NCBI GenBank assembly: GCA_964270895.1
Contig: OZ185435.1
DNA length: 64,000 nt
Origin: Podarcis filfolensis
Taxonomy: Eukaryota
Strand: one strand, 5' to 3'
A program made the translations under genes and the position numbers. Positions within the stretch are counted from its first letter, which is position 1. Each line of letters opens with the position of its first letter. Positions 38,609 through 49,962 of this stretch are shown one piece after another. The notes beneath the pieces are model-generated. The model ran no database searches, was not told the origin of the DNA, and saw nothing but the letters and a program-made list of their open reading frames with translations.

Positions 38609-39587
38609 TCCAAGACTGCTTACATTTTCTCGAACCAGACAGTCATTCTAAATAAACAACATCTTGAAATAGAGATCTGTCCTTTGTAATGTATGGTTAC
38701 CCAACAGCTTTTTAAAGTGCTGGACCTAATAGGGGAGGGGGCACCATTTGGGCTCCACTTTCAGCAGCACAATAAGTAGTAGGCGACTAAGTTTACTCAG
38801 AGTAGACCCATTGAAATTAATGAACCTGCATTAAAGGACCTTATTTAATGTGTCAGTTCTGCTTAGGGCTTACACTGAATGCCAGCAGCCATCAGGGTCA
38901 GCACTGATTTAACTTTGACAAGACTGTGGCATCCCACCCACTTCTGCGTACATCCCAACCACCCAGGGGGAAAAACACACAATTGTAACATTGTTCTCCG
39001 TTGTCTGTGTGGGAGAACCAATGACCCCTGGCACCTCTATTTCGGAAACAGAACTCCCGGGCCAGTAATGACTCAGTAAATGCAATCTGATTAATCAGTG
39101 TACATTTTACAAGACATCAAAAATGTTGCACGTTATTAAAATGTAAGAAAATGGAGCAAAACTACAGTTTAACTATGTTGACAAAATATAATGCATAATT
39201 AAATAGTGATTGACAGTTATCACAGATGGAAGATACTATTATTTACAGACTTTCGATAAATTTGTTAGTCTACAAATTGAAAAAGGTGTCAGGGGTTTAT
39301 TTTCTGCTGAAGAAAAGCAGATTTCTGCACAGTCAGATACTATATTTCCTCTAAAATGTGTTAGATGTTCCTTGGTTGTTTCATTCAGTTGTTATAAGTG
39401 AAGAACATATGTAATACAAATATATACAATTCCAAAAAGAGATTGTTTGGAACTCTGTTAATTTTTGACAGTTGTGGGAGGTTTGGGCAGATATATGATT
39501 AGACTGAATGCAAAGAAGCCACAAAATTGAGAAAAAGTATTTTAATACAATTCTATGATTCTATAAGGTTCTCACATTATTTAAATA

Positions 39588-39829
39588 CAGTGGTACCTCG
39601 GGTTACATACGTTTCAGGTTACATACGCTTCAGGTTACAGACTCCACTAACCCAGAAATAGTGCTTCAGGTTAAGAACTTTGCTTCAGGATGAGAACAGA
39701 GATCATGCTCCAGTGGTGTGGCAGCAGCAGGAGGCCCCATTAGCTAAAGTGGTGCTTCAGGTTAAGAACAGTTTCAGGTTAAGAACGGACCTCCGGAACG
39801 AATTAAGTACTTAACCCGAGGTACCACTG
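39588..39829. mobile_element. Tigger-like MITE, copy 4 (opposite orientation to copy 1)
   Basis: TIRs and TA flanks, plus one extra subterminal ttacatacg(t/c)ttcagg unit. Confidence 0.92.
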
Positions 39830-40309
39830 TATTGTACAAGGGAAGATAAACATGTATCAGGGGCATCTTCCCAGCGTCAAGTAGACTTGCTCTAGGTATG
39901 CTCCAGATCAAATCGCAAGAAAACTGTAACAGTGTAAAGTATTTACTCTGGTTACTGTTCATGCTTCAAAAAGCTAGAGATACAGTTTCGAACTGCAAAC
40001 TGTTACTCACTTAGCTACACCCTTAAGTGCAGCCCCCCCCCAATAGTTAATGCTCAAACCCATATCTGGATTGGAACTTCAACATTTTAACTCGTTGCCA
40101 CCTTCAGCTGCAATTCAACTTGAATTACTTAAAAAGGCAAATGGGATTGTTTAAGAGCACTGCAAAACGCAGACGCACTCACCTCTTGCCCCAAGGCAGG
40201 CCAACAGCAGGGAGCAAATGGCTTAAAAAAAATAAATCCCCTAGCAGGACACACTCACCAGGGTTCCCATCTGGATTCCCCGGTCCTGCCTCACTGCTGG
40301 CAATTTGTA

Positions 40310-40310
<1 letters not shown>

Positions 40311-40341
<31 letters not shown>
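40311..40341. repeat. (ATT)n microsatellite
   Basis: Read directly from the sequence. Confidence 0.9.
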
Positions 40342-40343
<2 letters not shown>

Positions 40344-40429
40344 GCTCAAAAAATGCACCCTGCACTTAAGGATAGAGCTCTGTGACCAGCATCATAGTCA
40401 CAGAAGATAAAGGATAACATATTGCATGT

Positions 40430-41335
40430 TATCCCACTCCCTGTTGCCCTTCCTAAAATCTACCATGACCTAACTCTTATCTCAATAATAATAATAATAA
40501 TAGAAGGGATATATATCTCAGGAACAAATGGCTAAAGTCTCACAGCTCTTTGAGCCATACTATCGAGAAAGTTGTGTTACTTGGCATGGGAGAAGGGGCC
40601 TGTGATGGCAAAGTTTGTTTTGCTGGACAGGTTGGGTCAACATATGTTTTCTTTTTCTTTTTTCCTGCCAGCAAACGGTTAACGAATGGCAGCCTCTGAT
40701 TGGCCATGGTTCCAGAAGGGGGAGTTGAAAAGGAGAGGGTTTGGAGGGACAGTGGAGGAGTAGGCTGGATTGAGGTTGGGAGAATAGGTTGGGAGATAGG
40801 GAATGAGAGGAGAGAGAGTTGGTTCTGGGTAGAAACAACCACTCTGAGGAATATATCACAAGGTAGAGAAAGGAGTGTATGAGCTTAGTGTGAAGGACAG
40901 TGTGTGGTGTCCTGTAAGAGTAATAGGCCAGGAATTAACTGGGAGGCTGAGCCTGAGCCAGGAGAAGTAGAAGCGGTGAGAATACAGTCTACTTAGGACT
41001 AATTCCAGTCAGGAGGGGAGATATTCTTCTACAAAAAGAGAAGACTCCCTAACCAGTGATCCCTTGGGCCTGTTACTTGGAGTACCTCAGGAGTAGGGTT
41101 GTCTAAGGGCTGTGCAACTGACAGGAAGTACCACCTTGTTTAAGAACCAAAATATTAAGTGGCAACAGCTATGCAACAACTGAGAAAGAACTGAAGTGAA
41201 ATAACATTATAATCTCAAGTATCCTATGTTTTATCCACTTGTGTCATAAACTTCCTTTGTTAAATAAAATATTTATTGTTTATTTGATCAAATCCTGCCT
41301 GAGACTCCAAATTATTAAGTTTGCCCTCACACAAG
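40430..41335 (+). mobile_element. LTR-like element (possible solo LTR); boundaries approximate
   Basis: attggcc box, G/A-rich body, AATAAA about 60 bp before a terminal ...ctcacaca. No TSD found. Confidence 0.4.
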
Positions 41336-41526
41336 TCTCCCACAGGATAATCTGGGGTAGTTTGTGGGAATTCGTGGAAGTGGTGTTCTGTGAGGTGGGT
41401 GCATGATATTTAAGTGAGGGTGGGCCCAAGGGTGCCAGGGGAAAAAGTGCTGTCGCGCCGTCACAGGGCCTGCCATGAAGCCTTGTCTCTTAACCTTTGC
41501 ACAAACAGTGTCTATTTGGAAGTAGC

Positions 41527-41594
41527 CATGAAGGCTTCTACGTGGCCTGGAGAAAGGCGGGATCCGCATGTTGGGCCACGTAGAGACCTTCATG
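41527..41594. repeat. 68-nt inverted repeat (hairpin)
   Basis: catgaaggcttctacgtggcc pairs with ggccacgtagagaccttcatg at 19 of 21 positions. Confidence 0.85.
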
Positions 41595-42373
41595 TGTTCA
41601 GCTTAACATGTCAAAGTTGCCTCAGTGGAAACAGTTGTGCTCTTTGTGTGAAAGCTAGCAGGCAGGGCTGCTCAGCCTGTCCCCATACCCACGCTGGAGT
41701 ATTAATGCCAGAAGGACACTGGTGTTGACTGAGGGGAGCAAGCTCAGGCAACACAAAGAAAAGCACATTTCCGCTCACTTCTAGTCACCTCAGCAGCAAA
41801 AGGGAGCCAAGTCTTCCCTTTCCCTCTAAACAACCACAGGGGTGGGGTATACCCAGTGGCGCCACACTGCAACAATAATGTGTGACTCAGGCTTAGTAGT
41901 CATGTGGCGAAAGGAGTTCATTTACGATTGTGGCAAAAGTCTTTCTTTCATACAAAGCTCTTCAAGTCATGTGTGTATGGGTTGGAGACATGCTATGAAG
42001 ACAATCAGAATTATCCCAATGTTATGCAAAACAGAAAAAATCAAGTCCTTGGGGTATGGCGTGTCTGCTTGTAGCCTAAATATGCTGCTTAGAATGTCCT
42101 TTTCAGTTGGCTTCTATGCTACAAATTAAAAGTGCCTCCTGGAGAGTAAAAAAAAATCAAATCATAAAAATGTGATTACTAATGAATGAGTCAGATGGCC
42201 TGGTGGCGAATCTGCATAGCCATGTGATGAAAAAAATGTGACTGTAAAGGTAACTTGGCATTATGCAAGAGAAAGAGCTTGCTTTTTTCCTGTTTCTCCA
42301 ACTGACTCATTTCTCTTTTTAAAATTTTATTTCTGCTTCACACTTTTCCCGGGGCCTGTGGGCTCCTGTCCAG

Positions 42374-42409
42374 ACCAAGATATTCTGTGATTGACTTTGA
42401 TTTTCTAAG
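42374..42409 (+). other. Candidate 36-nt exon (PRYSVIDFDFL in phase 2, or UTR); host unknown
   Basis: About 90 nt AG-free pyrimidine-rich upstream zone, branch-like ctgac at 42302, acceptor ctcctgtccag and perfect donor AAG|GTAAGT. Confidence 0.45.
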
Positions 42410-42763
42410 GTAAGTGATCTGTCGCTCTTAGACCAGTGAAAGGAGCAAGGAAGGAAGCAGCTCACTGCAGCCCAGCTTTGACTCCTGCCTGCCTGACATT
42501 GTACACGCTAATGCAATGTGAAGTAGCACGTCTAAATAGCCTGTCAAACTTTTTTGATGTCAGGGAACCCACAGATGGGATTCATTTCCACACTGTTCAA
42601 AAAACGTAAACGATACAAGGACATTAAAGAGCATTAAACTACTTGATGACATTCTGGTCACATTAATGAAAAGTGGCATTTATAAACTACTTGAGAGAGG
42701 AACAAAATAAGGAGCGATTAAAGGAGGGAACACAAGTGTGTGATAATATGCATAAGACATACA

Positions 42764-42781
42764 CACACATGCATAAGACAT

Positions 42782-42818
<37 letters not shown>
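42764..42818. repeat. (CA)n(GA)n microsatellite preceded by a 21-bp tandem duplication
   Basis: Read directly from the sequence. Confidence 0.9.
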
Positions 42819-43005
42819 ATTCAAATCAGTGAAATAATAAAGATGACTCCATCAGTCCTGGGACATTGTCTGTAGAAATTAATGCCTTTGGAATTGCACA
42901 TTAAAACACACACAGAATAAGAAAATGTGGAAAACGATGTACTTGTCTGTTGGTGTCCAACCCCCTGATTTAAGGCCTGATCTGACTCCCAGTGAAGTCA
43001 AAGGA

Positions 43006-43368
43006 GGGGGCTGTAGCTCATGGTAGAATTCATGCTTTGTATGCACAGCATCCCAAGATTCAATCCCCTGCATTGCTAGTTAAAATGATCTCAGGGTAGC
43101 AGAACTAGAAGAGATCAAGACCTGACAGGGGTGCCAATCTGAATAAAATATTGGGGAGCCCCAGGTAAGCCCTGCATAATCAATCACAAGACAAGCATAC
43201 ACACACCATTTGAATGGCAATGCTCATGAAGTATGTGTGTGTGGGGGGGAGGGCTCATATATTTTAAAAGTTGATTCCTATGCCTGAGACTATGGAAAAC
43301 CATTGCCCATCAGAGCAGACAATCCTGGACTACACAAACCAGTGATCAGACCAATGATAACGCAGCAT
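43006..43368 (+). mobile_element. Old tRNA-derived SINE (Squam3-like), interrupted by a DNA-transposon MITE
   Basis: Head ggggctgtagctcatggtaga...aagattcaatccc. The body resumes at cctgagactatggaaaaccattgcccatcag after the insert. Confidence 0.7.
43126..43282. mobile_element. hAT-like MITE nested in the SINE
   Basis: Ends caggggtgccaat / ttgattcctatg, with cctga duplicated at both junctions. Confidence 0.6.
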
Positions 43369-43534
43369 CAATTGGACAAATCCCCAACTACCAAAAGCAA
43401 GAGTTTCCTGACCTGAAGGCAAAGAGCTGCCTTCCCACCCACTCCCCTCTCATCCTCTATCCAAAGCATTGCTTTAAAAAAGAAAGAAAGCTCTGTATGC
43501 CTAGTATAATTGGGTTTACCCATTTAGTGCTGAC

Positions 43535-43900
43535 ACATTACTGGATCTTTTCTGTGATGGTTCCCTGGTTATGGAATACTCTTCCATGTGAGGTGCATCA
43601 GTCTCCATCGCTATTAGCTTTCAGGACAACTTGGAAAGCATTCTTGTTCACCCGGGCGTTTGGTGGTAGAAGAATACTGTTCCTGGCAATCCCATGATCA
43701 TTAGAGGGAAGCATGTTTTTAATTCTAATTGCTTTTAGAATGTTTTTAATTGTAACTGCTTTTAGATGTTTTCCATTATAATCGCGTTTTCAGAATGTTT
43801 TATCTCTTTCTGCTTTGCTTTTGTTTTTTTAAATTGTGTGTCTGTTTGCCTCCCTGGGCTCCTTGGGAATAGAAGGAGCAATAAAAATTAGATAAACAAT
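43535..43900 (+). mobile_element. Old L2 LINE 3' fragment
   Basis: Encodes FSVMVPWLWNTLP...LLAFR...KAFLFTRAF, followed by a T-rich UTR. Confidence 0.75.
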
Positions 43901-45549
43901 ATAAAGCCTTCAGGAGTATGCAGTTGGTCTTAGGAGGTAGCTACAGAGGCAGCTTCCTATAAATGGGGCATACCTCCCATCCTTTCAGTTCAGAGCAGTG
44001 CTATACAGCTAGAAGAAATACAGGGTATCTCCTAGGAAACAGCATGTACCACAGGACAACAGTGTCCCCACTCTTGAAAGCCAGCCATGCAAATTGCATA
44101 GCTCACACCAGCCTGTCGTCTACAATGCAGAATGAAGTTAGGTGGTATGTTAGAAACCTGCACATCTGAACTGTAGAGGTTTGAAGCGCTGAATATAGTG
44201 CATAGTTAAACTGGATACTTAATGCTTCAAACGAGAGCAGCCCGGACGTGCTGGTATGAAATCAAGTACATGGTTTCACTCCTGTTTTTCAAAACCAGTT
44301 GCCCAGGGCAACTCTGTGGTTAGTGGGAAGGTGGACACATAACAAACATAAAGATGGCTGGAGTTAACCCACTCACTGAAAGAGATACTTTGAAAAATCT
44401 GGTGTCTGAAGGTGTCTTAAGGGGAATTTATGTTGACATTGAAAGATAGCTTTAAAATCTTTTAAAACATAGGAGCCTTTTTGAATTATATATGCTAATA
44501 AAGCTGTCAACATTTTGGCTACTTGGCTCAGCTAGATTTTAAGAATCCCCGGGAACCAATTAGGAGTTAATATTGGGCTGAAACTTCTCTCTTCCAGTTC
44601 CTGCAGGGCTGCTACAAAATGAATCACAACAGTGGAATCTCCCATTCCTATTTGAACTTGTCATGGTTTTTTAAATTTTTATTTTTTTTACCTGGATAGG
44701 TTACAATCCTTTCCTGTAAAATAGTGCATAAACTGACTTGATTTACTCAGTTTTTTTCACCAAGTTCCATGGTTGGTTTTAAATTTCCTTTCTAAATACT
44801 GAGTGCGGTTGTAAAAGCTTCTATCGCATAAATCAATTCCTGTAAACAGAAACATTTGGGACAGTGGAGAAGTGAAAAACATCCAAAAATGCATCGTGGA
44901 ATTAAATTGCATTTAGAATTGAAGCTAGATTGTAGAACTGTATCATTATTGTCACTTTTGTGACTAAGAGTGGGGTCCAGCTTCTTTTGTTGTCAATGGC
45001 AAAATATTTCAATATCCATACTGATGACTGGCAAAAATTACCTCTCCTGTGGCATCAGCTGGATCAAAAACACTTCTGTGAGTGCAAGGGCATCAACTGA
45101 ATTCTCTCCCTTCACCTCCAAAAAAATATTCAAGTATCTTAGTAAAATTAATGGCATATTCACCCCTCCTTAGCCACGACAAAACCAGTATCTATTGGAA
45201 CAAGTCCAATGTAGTCTGATGCCAATGAGAAGTACTGTATTTGCTCAAATCACCTTTTTTGGCCAAATTACATTGTCAAAATTAAGGTCCACATTAGATT
45301 TGCTGGCACATTAGACTCGAGTAAATACGGTAATTCCAAATAGGTAACTGTATTAGCATCTTGCAGCAAGTACAGCAGTAAGTAGTCCTGCGAATATGCC
45401 AATTTCGGTTTTGCTCGGTGTTGCATTTTTCCAGTTTCAAGTTCAATTCACATTTCCACATCAGTTTGTGATTATTACTGTTAATTTGAAAAAAGGTATC
45501 ATAAAAACTAATAATAATTTTAGCAGAAATTTCTCTGATTATACACATA

Positions 45550-45775
45550 CAGTGGTACCTCTGGTTAAGAACTTAATTCATTCTGGAGGTCCGTTCTTAA
45601 CCTGAAACTGTTCTTAACAGGAGGTACCACTTTAGCTAATGGGGCCTCCTGCTGCTGCTGTGCCACCGCTGTGCAATTTCTGTTCTCATCCTGAAGCAAA
45701 GTTCTTAACCCGAGGTACTATTTCTGGGTTAGCGGAGTCTGTAACCTGAAGCGCCTGTAACTCGAGGTAGCACTG
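45550..45775. mobile_element. Tigger-like MITE, copy 5
   Basis: TIRs with slight decay; TA flanks. Confidence 0.9.
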
Positions 45776-46025
45776 TATATGTATGCGATTTTGCCTAATA
45801 TACATGTTTGTAAGGCAATTTTACCTAATGCATTTTGTATGTTATTATGACCGATGCATGCACTTTACCCTAATGTACACATTTTTCTACATATTACTTA
45901 GCTGATGAAATGCATTACAAAATTCAGATTTTGAAGGATGGTTGTGTTTCAATTTGCACATTGTTTTGGGAAGTTTGAATTATGTAGGCTCACCTTTACA
46001 TCCCTACTTGTTGCCTCTTAAAATA

Positions 46026-46026
46026 C

Positions 46027-46069
<43 letters not shown>
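46026..46069. repeat. (ATT)n microsatellite
   Basis: Read directly from the sequence. Confidence 0.92.
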
Positions 46070-49000
46070 TCACCAGATGCACAGGAAAGTAGTGATGACT
46101 GGAGAAAGCAAGGGAGGTTACTGGTCAACCAACTCAGTGAAGGAAGGATAGAGCTGCAATGTAGGTAAGGAAATGAAATGACAAATAAGGTCCAGATAGG
46201 TCACATGACTTGGCTCTAAGCTATTGCCTTTTTTTCAGATACAGGAGTTGTTACTGCATCTGCCTAGTGCATGAGTTGACAACCTATGGGTAAATTTTAC
46301 CAATAAATGCATTAATTTCTACACCCACTGGATGAATTTCATGAGGATGAATCAGACAATATGCAGCCATTCAGCCACTGATTCTTCCTATATGCAGTTA
46401 AGCGAACATCAACTGAATGGACACAAGGATAGTTATTACCAAGTACTAATATTTGAGGTAGATGACCCTTGCAGCCCCTTCCAACACTACAATTCTGTGA
46501 TGATTGTATGATTTTATGATGTTGAGGAAAAATTACTCAATCATCTGATCATTTGTTTTTAGATCCACTCTTGTAGAATGTGATTTGCTTGCAGCAATAG
46601 GTTTGGATTAACTTACCTTCAGGAACTCCACTCACAGAAGGTGTCCTGGCCCAATTTTGTGTGATCCCACTTCCCCCTAATTCTCCTAAACCACAGCCCA
46701 CCCTATTCAGGAGGGTCCTTCATTCCTATGTGTCTCATTTCAGTCTAGTAGGCTCTGTTGTTCCTTAAAAGCTGAAGTTTTCAGCTCTCACAGTCATTTA
46801 CCAATAATTTTGTTTAAAAATAATGGCAGTTGCCTAATCTATTTCACAAGACACAATTTCTAGCTCACAAAACAGCAGTGTTAATGCCATTTTTTTTAAT
46901 GTACCCAAACTATGTTTGCATCTCAATTAACTGCTCAGAAAATGTTGGAATACATTTGGCATGGTGTTTTTTCCCCTCAAAAGATCATAATGTGAGCACT
47001 ATTACAGTACCCGTTTATTTAAAGACAAACCCTGTACTGTAGGCCTTTGGTACTTGAAAGGTAAATTACATTCATGCAAAGCCAAACTGATGAACTACTG
47101 AAAGCCATAGCTGCTGAAAGAAATACCTGTGTTCTAAAGTTATAAGAACTATTGCCCATGAACACCACAGTACATTTACTCAAAGATTTAATTTCCAAAT
47201 AACTTTCCTTCACTCAAGTAATGGCAACATTGGGCAGGTTTTCTATCCGTGATGTGAGGAAAAAAATGCATAATTTTGTTGGTGTTGGAAAATACTGACA
47301 CTCTGCAAAGCTGCACATTAAGCGTTGTGAAGGAATTAGGCATTCTGACTTTTCTACTTATTTCTCTTACAAATCATTCGAGTGCACTTTTGATTACAGG
47401 AACTGTGGACACAACCTAACACTGAGTTTGATGGCACATGCAATGTCTCTTAAAATCAGCTCCTACAGACTCACCTGAAGAAGCATGAATTACAATATTA
47501 ATGTCATAGGTCCCAATCTAGCAGTTTCTTCCTGTGGAAGGGGCTATGTCATGAGGATCAGCTGCCTTGCACATCCAAGCTACCAAACATGTTCCAGAGA
47601 CCCACTATCCATGCATATTATAGGCTTGCAACTGTGCCCAGCTGAGCTGACCTATACATGCAGATGTTGATCAGCTTGTATGGAATGTAAAGTGGCTGAT
47701 ACTTTCTCCAACACCTGGCATAGTGCAGCTGGAAGGTACACAATCTCATTCAGGAAGACTATCTCTTTTTAATAATGACACATATATAGGCTGGTATACG
47801 ATCCTAAGGTGACAAGTGAGGACCTGCAACAAAATATTGCAGTAGGTAGTGCTGTCGTTCAGGATTCCAACCTCTCCTTTCCATTCCCTTCCTTCCTGTT
47901 TGCTACTCCTCCCTAGCCAATCAGCATTCTACATCTGACCTCATTTTTCTTAATATTATTTTGGTTCACCTACAATCTTTGGAGTTTTCTCAAGACTGCT
48001 AATACTTTTATGATTAGGGAGGAGTGGGGAACAGTGAAATTTTGTTCCCAAAGTACTCACAATATGATTGACCGCCTGCATAAAGGAATGGAGCACAGGC
48101 TTAAGAGTCCTGGGGAAAGGCCTAACCTCTCATCCGTCACTCTTAATCTTCCACTAACATGACCTAATTCCACTCACAGACTAGATTGGCCTTTGGTCTG
48201 ATCCAGCACGGCAATCCTTATGTTTTTATGACTCCATCTATTCTGTATCATCGTAACTCACAATGACAATTCTCAGTGGCCGAGAGACTATTTTCCAGGT
48301 AGATTTCAAGGTGTAGACAGGCGAGGTTATTTTCCCAACCTAATCTAGAGAATTGATAAGAAATATAGTAAAGGAAAGATCTATTGAAAATTCAGTAGGA
48401 AATCCTATTTAAAAGGTACTTGATTCACTTCTCAGATTGTGATAGATTGGTTCACCCTCATATAATAATGTCCAGTGACAAGGATTAGGTGGATATTTGA
48501 AGAAGGGGAGACTTTCTAGTTCACTAACTTGTAATGTCTTCAAATATTGTTGTTATCAAAATGTGAGAATGGGAGAGTCCACAACAACCAGGCTGCTAAA
48601 CATTGCCCCAGACTAAATGCAGCTTATACCGGTAAGTACTGCCAGGACAGCAAGTAACACAGATATATTGTTGCTTCTGTTTGTGTTTGGATCCCCATAA
48701 ACTATTAAATGGTTTTGGAAAGGTTTTGATTTTGACACCCGCAAAAGCAAATGTCTACTGAGCCCTGAAGGGGCACACACTGTTGGTAAGTGAGCACAGT
48801 CATGTGCCAAACCCACAAAAACATGGAGAGTGGGTTGGTGTTTTTTTTTTAAGATTACTTTTAAATTTTAATGGCAAATTGTTGCTTTCTTCACATAAAA
48901 AATAAGAGCAGTGCTGAGTCCCATTAGGGAACTGCTTTAGAATCTGATTCTCTGAGCAACTTACGGTAAATAGTTTAAATTTTAATTTGTAGCTTCTTTT

Positions 49001-49533
49001 TAAAAAATCTAAACACATTTCTTCTAAATAATGAATTTTTTTACCTTCTTTAGTTTCTCTGTTTTTGTATTCAATTTTTAAATATTTTTTAATTTTTATC
49101 TATTCTAGCTTACTTTTGCCTAATCTCTCTCTAATTGCTTTGCCTTCTTACTGCATGAAACAGGGGAGTGGACCACACAGTTTATAGGACTCTCTCCAAC
49201 TCTGATTCTATGGTTCCAAGCCATGCCTATTAATATAACTAATCCTTCCTGTAACAACCCCAGTTTGTTTGTTGCAACCCCACCCTTTCCTCTGTGGAGC
49301 CCCAGGTAGCAAACATGGATGTATCCCATTTCTCTCTCACAATGACTCTTAGACTGAAATTGATGCAAAGTACCCTGTGGGGGTAGGTGGGGTGGGGACT
49401 GCCCAGAGACATATTGAGGTTGCCCAGGGCATAATGCCCCCAATTCCCTAATGGACCAACCTCCAACATACCCTGTGATTTTTTTAACCCATTTCCCAGT
49501 CCAAGTCTGATATACACTGACTTTTGCTAATGA

Positions 49534-49680
49534 GCAGGGGTCTCCAATGTGGCATCCACATGTTGTTGGACTACAATTCTCATAACCCCCAAACAATAGG
49601 CAGTAGTCAGGAACAATAGAAGCTGTAGTCCAGCAATAGAAGCTGTAGTCCAGCAACATCTGGAGGGAACCACATTGGCT
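49534..49680. mobile_element. hAT MITE (13952 family) with an internal 20-bp tandem duplication
   Basis: tgttgttggactacaatt...gctgtagtccagcaacatctggagg. The unit caatagaagctgtagtccag occurs twice (49614-49653). Confidence 0.7.
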
Positions 49681-49734
49681 CAAGTCTTACATTTACATTT
49701 TGGCTGATGAAATATATAAAAAAAATAAAAAAAA

Positions 49735-49852
49735 TGTCCAGTAGCAGCTTAGAGACCAACTAAGTTTTTTCTTGGTATAAGCTTTTGTGTGTATGCACAC
49801 ATCTTCAGATACCACTTCTTCAGATACTGCGTCAGACCAACACGACTACCTA
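49735..49852 (-). mobile_element. Penelope-like element pseudo-LTR remnant with an inverted terminal segment
   Basis: gtccagtagcagcttagagaccaactaag...ggtataagcttttgtgtgtatgcacac.tcttcagatac resembles reptile Penelope/Neptune ends from recall. The piece tgcgtcagaccaacacgactacc lies inverted. Confidence 0.65.
49774..49813 (-). ncRNA. Minimal type I hammerhead-ribozyme-like motif, probably inactive (G12A)
   Basis: Minus strand: GGUAU-CUGAAGA-U-GUGUG(CAUA)CACAC-AAAA-GCUU-AUACC. Stem I is 5 bp and stem II is 5 bp. Confidence 0.6.
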
Positions 49853-49962
49853 CCTGGCTGATGTTAGATATATTTGACCACTAAATGCAACATGAACATA
49901 CACTAATAGTTGCCATGAATACTATGCCACTTTATATTTCTTAAATTGCTATAGCTTGACTA

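Noticed and set aside
17494-45775. Recurrent identical cagtggtacctc repeats read as a CRISPR-like array
   Set aside because: They are dispersed TIRs of a TA-flanked MITE kilobases apart, with no regular spacers and no cas genes, in a eukaryotic genome.
40120-46151. Poly-leucine ORFs at 40120 and 45942 resembling signal peptides
   Set aside because: The leucine runs are translated (ATT)n microsatellites.
4573-46700. Minus-strand consensus donors at about 4620, 33630 and 46617
   Set aside because: The matching acceptors are weak or the frames are closed. Several such hexamers are expected by chance.
23348-49400. G-rich runs at about 23350, 40720 and 49380 as G-quadruplexes
   Set aside because: None has four G3 tracts with short loops.
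49120-49683. 187-aa minus-strand ORF, the second longest in the track
   Set aside because: It starts inside a hAT MITE, crosses a CR1 tail remnant and has no recognisable domain or splice boundaries, so it is probably a chance frame.
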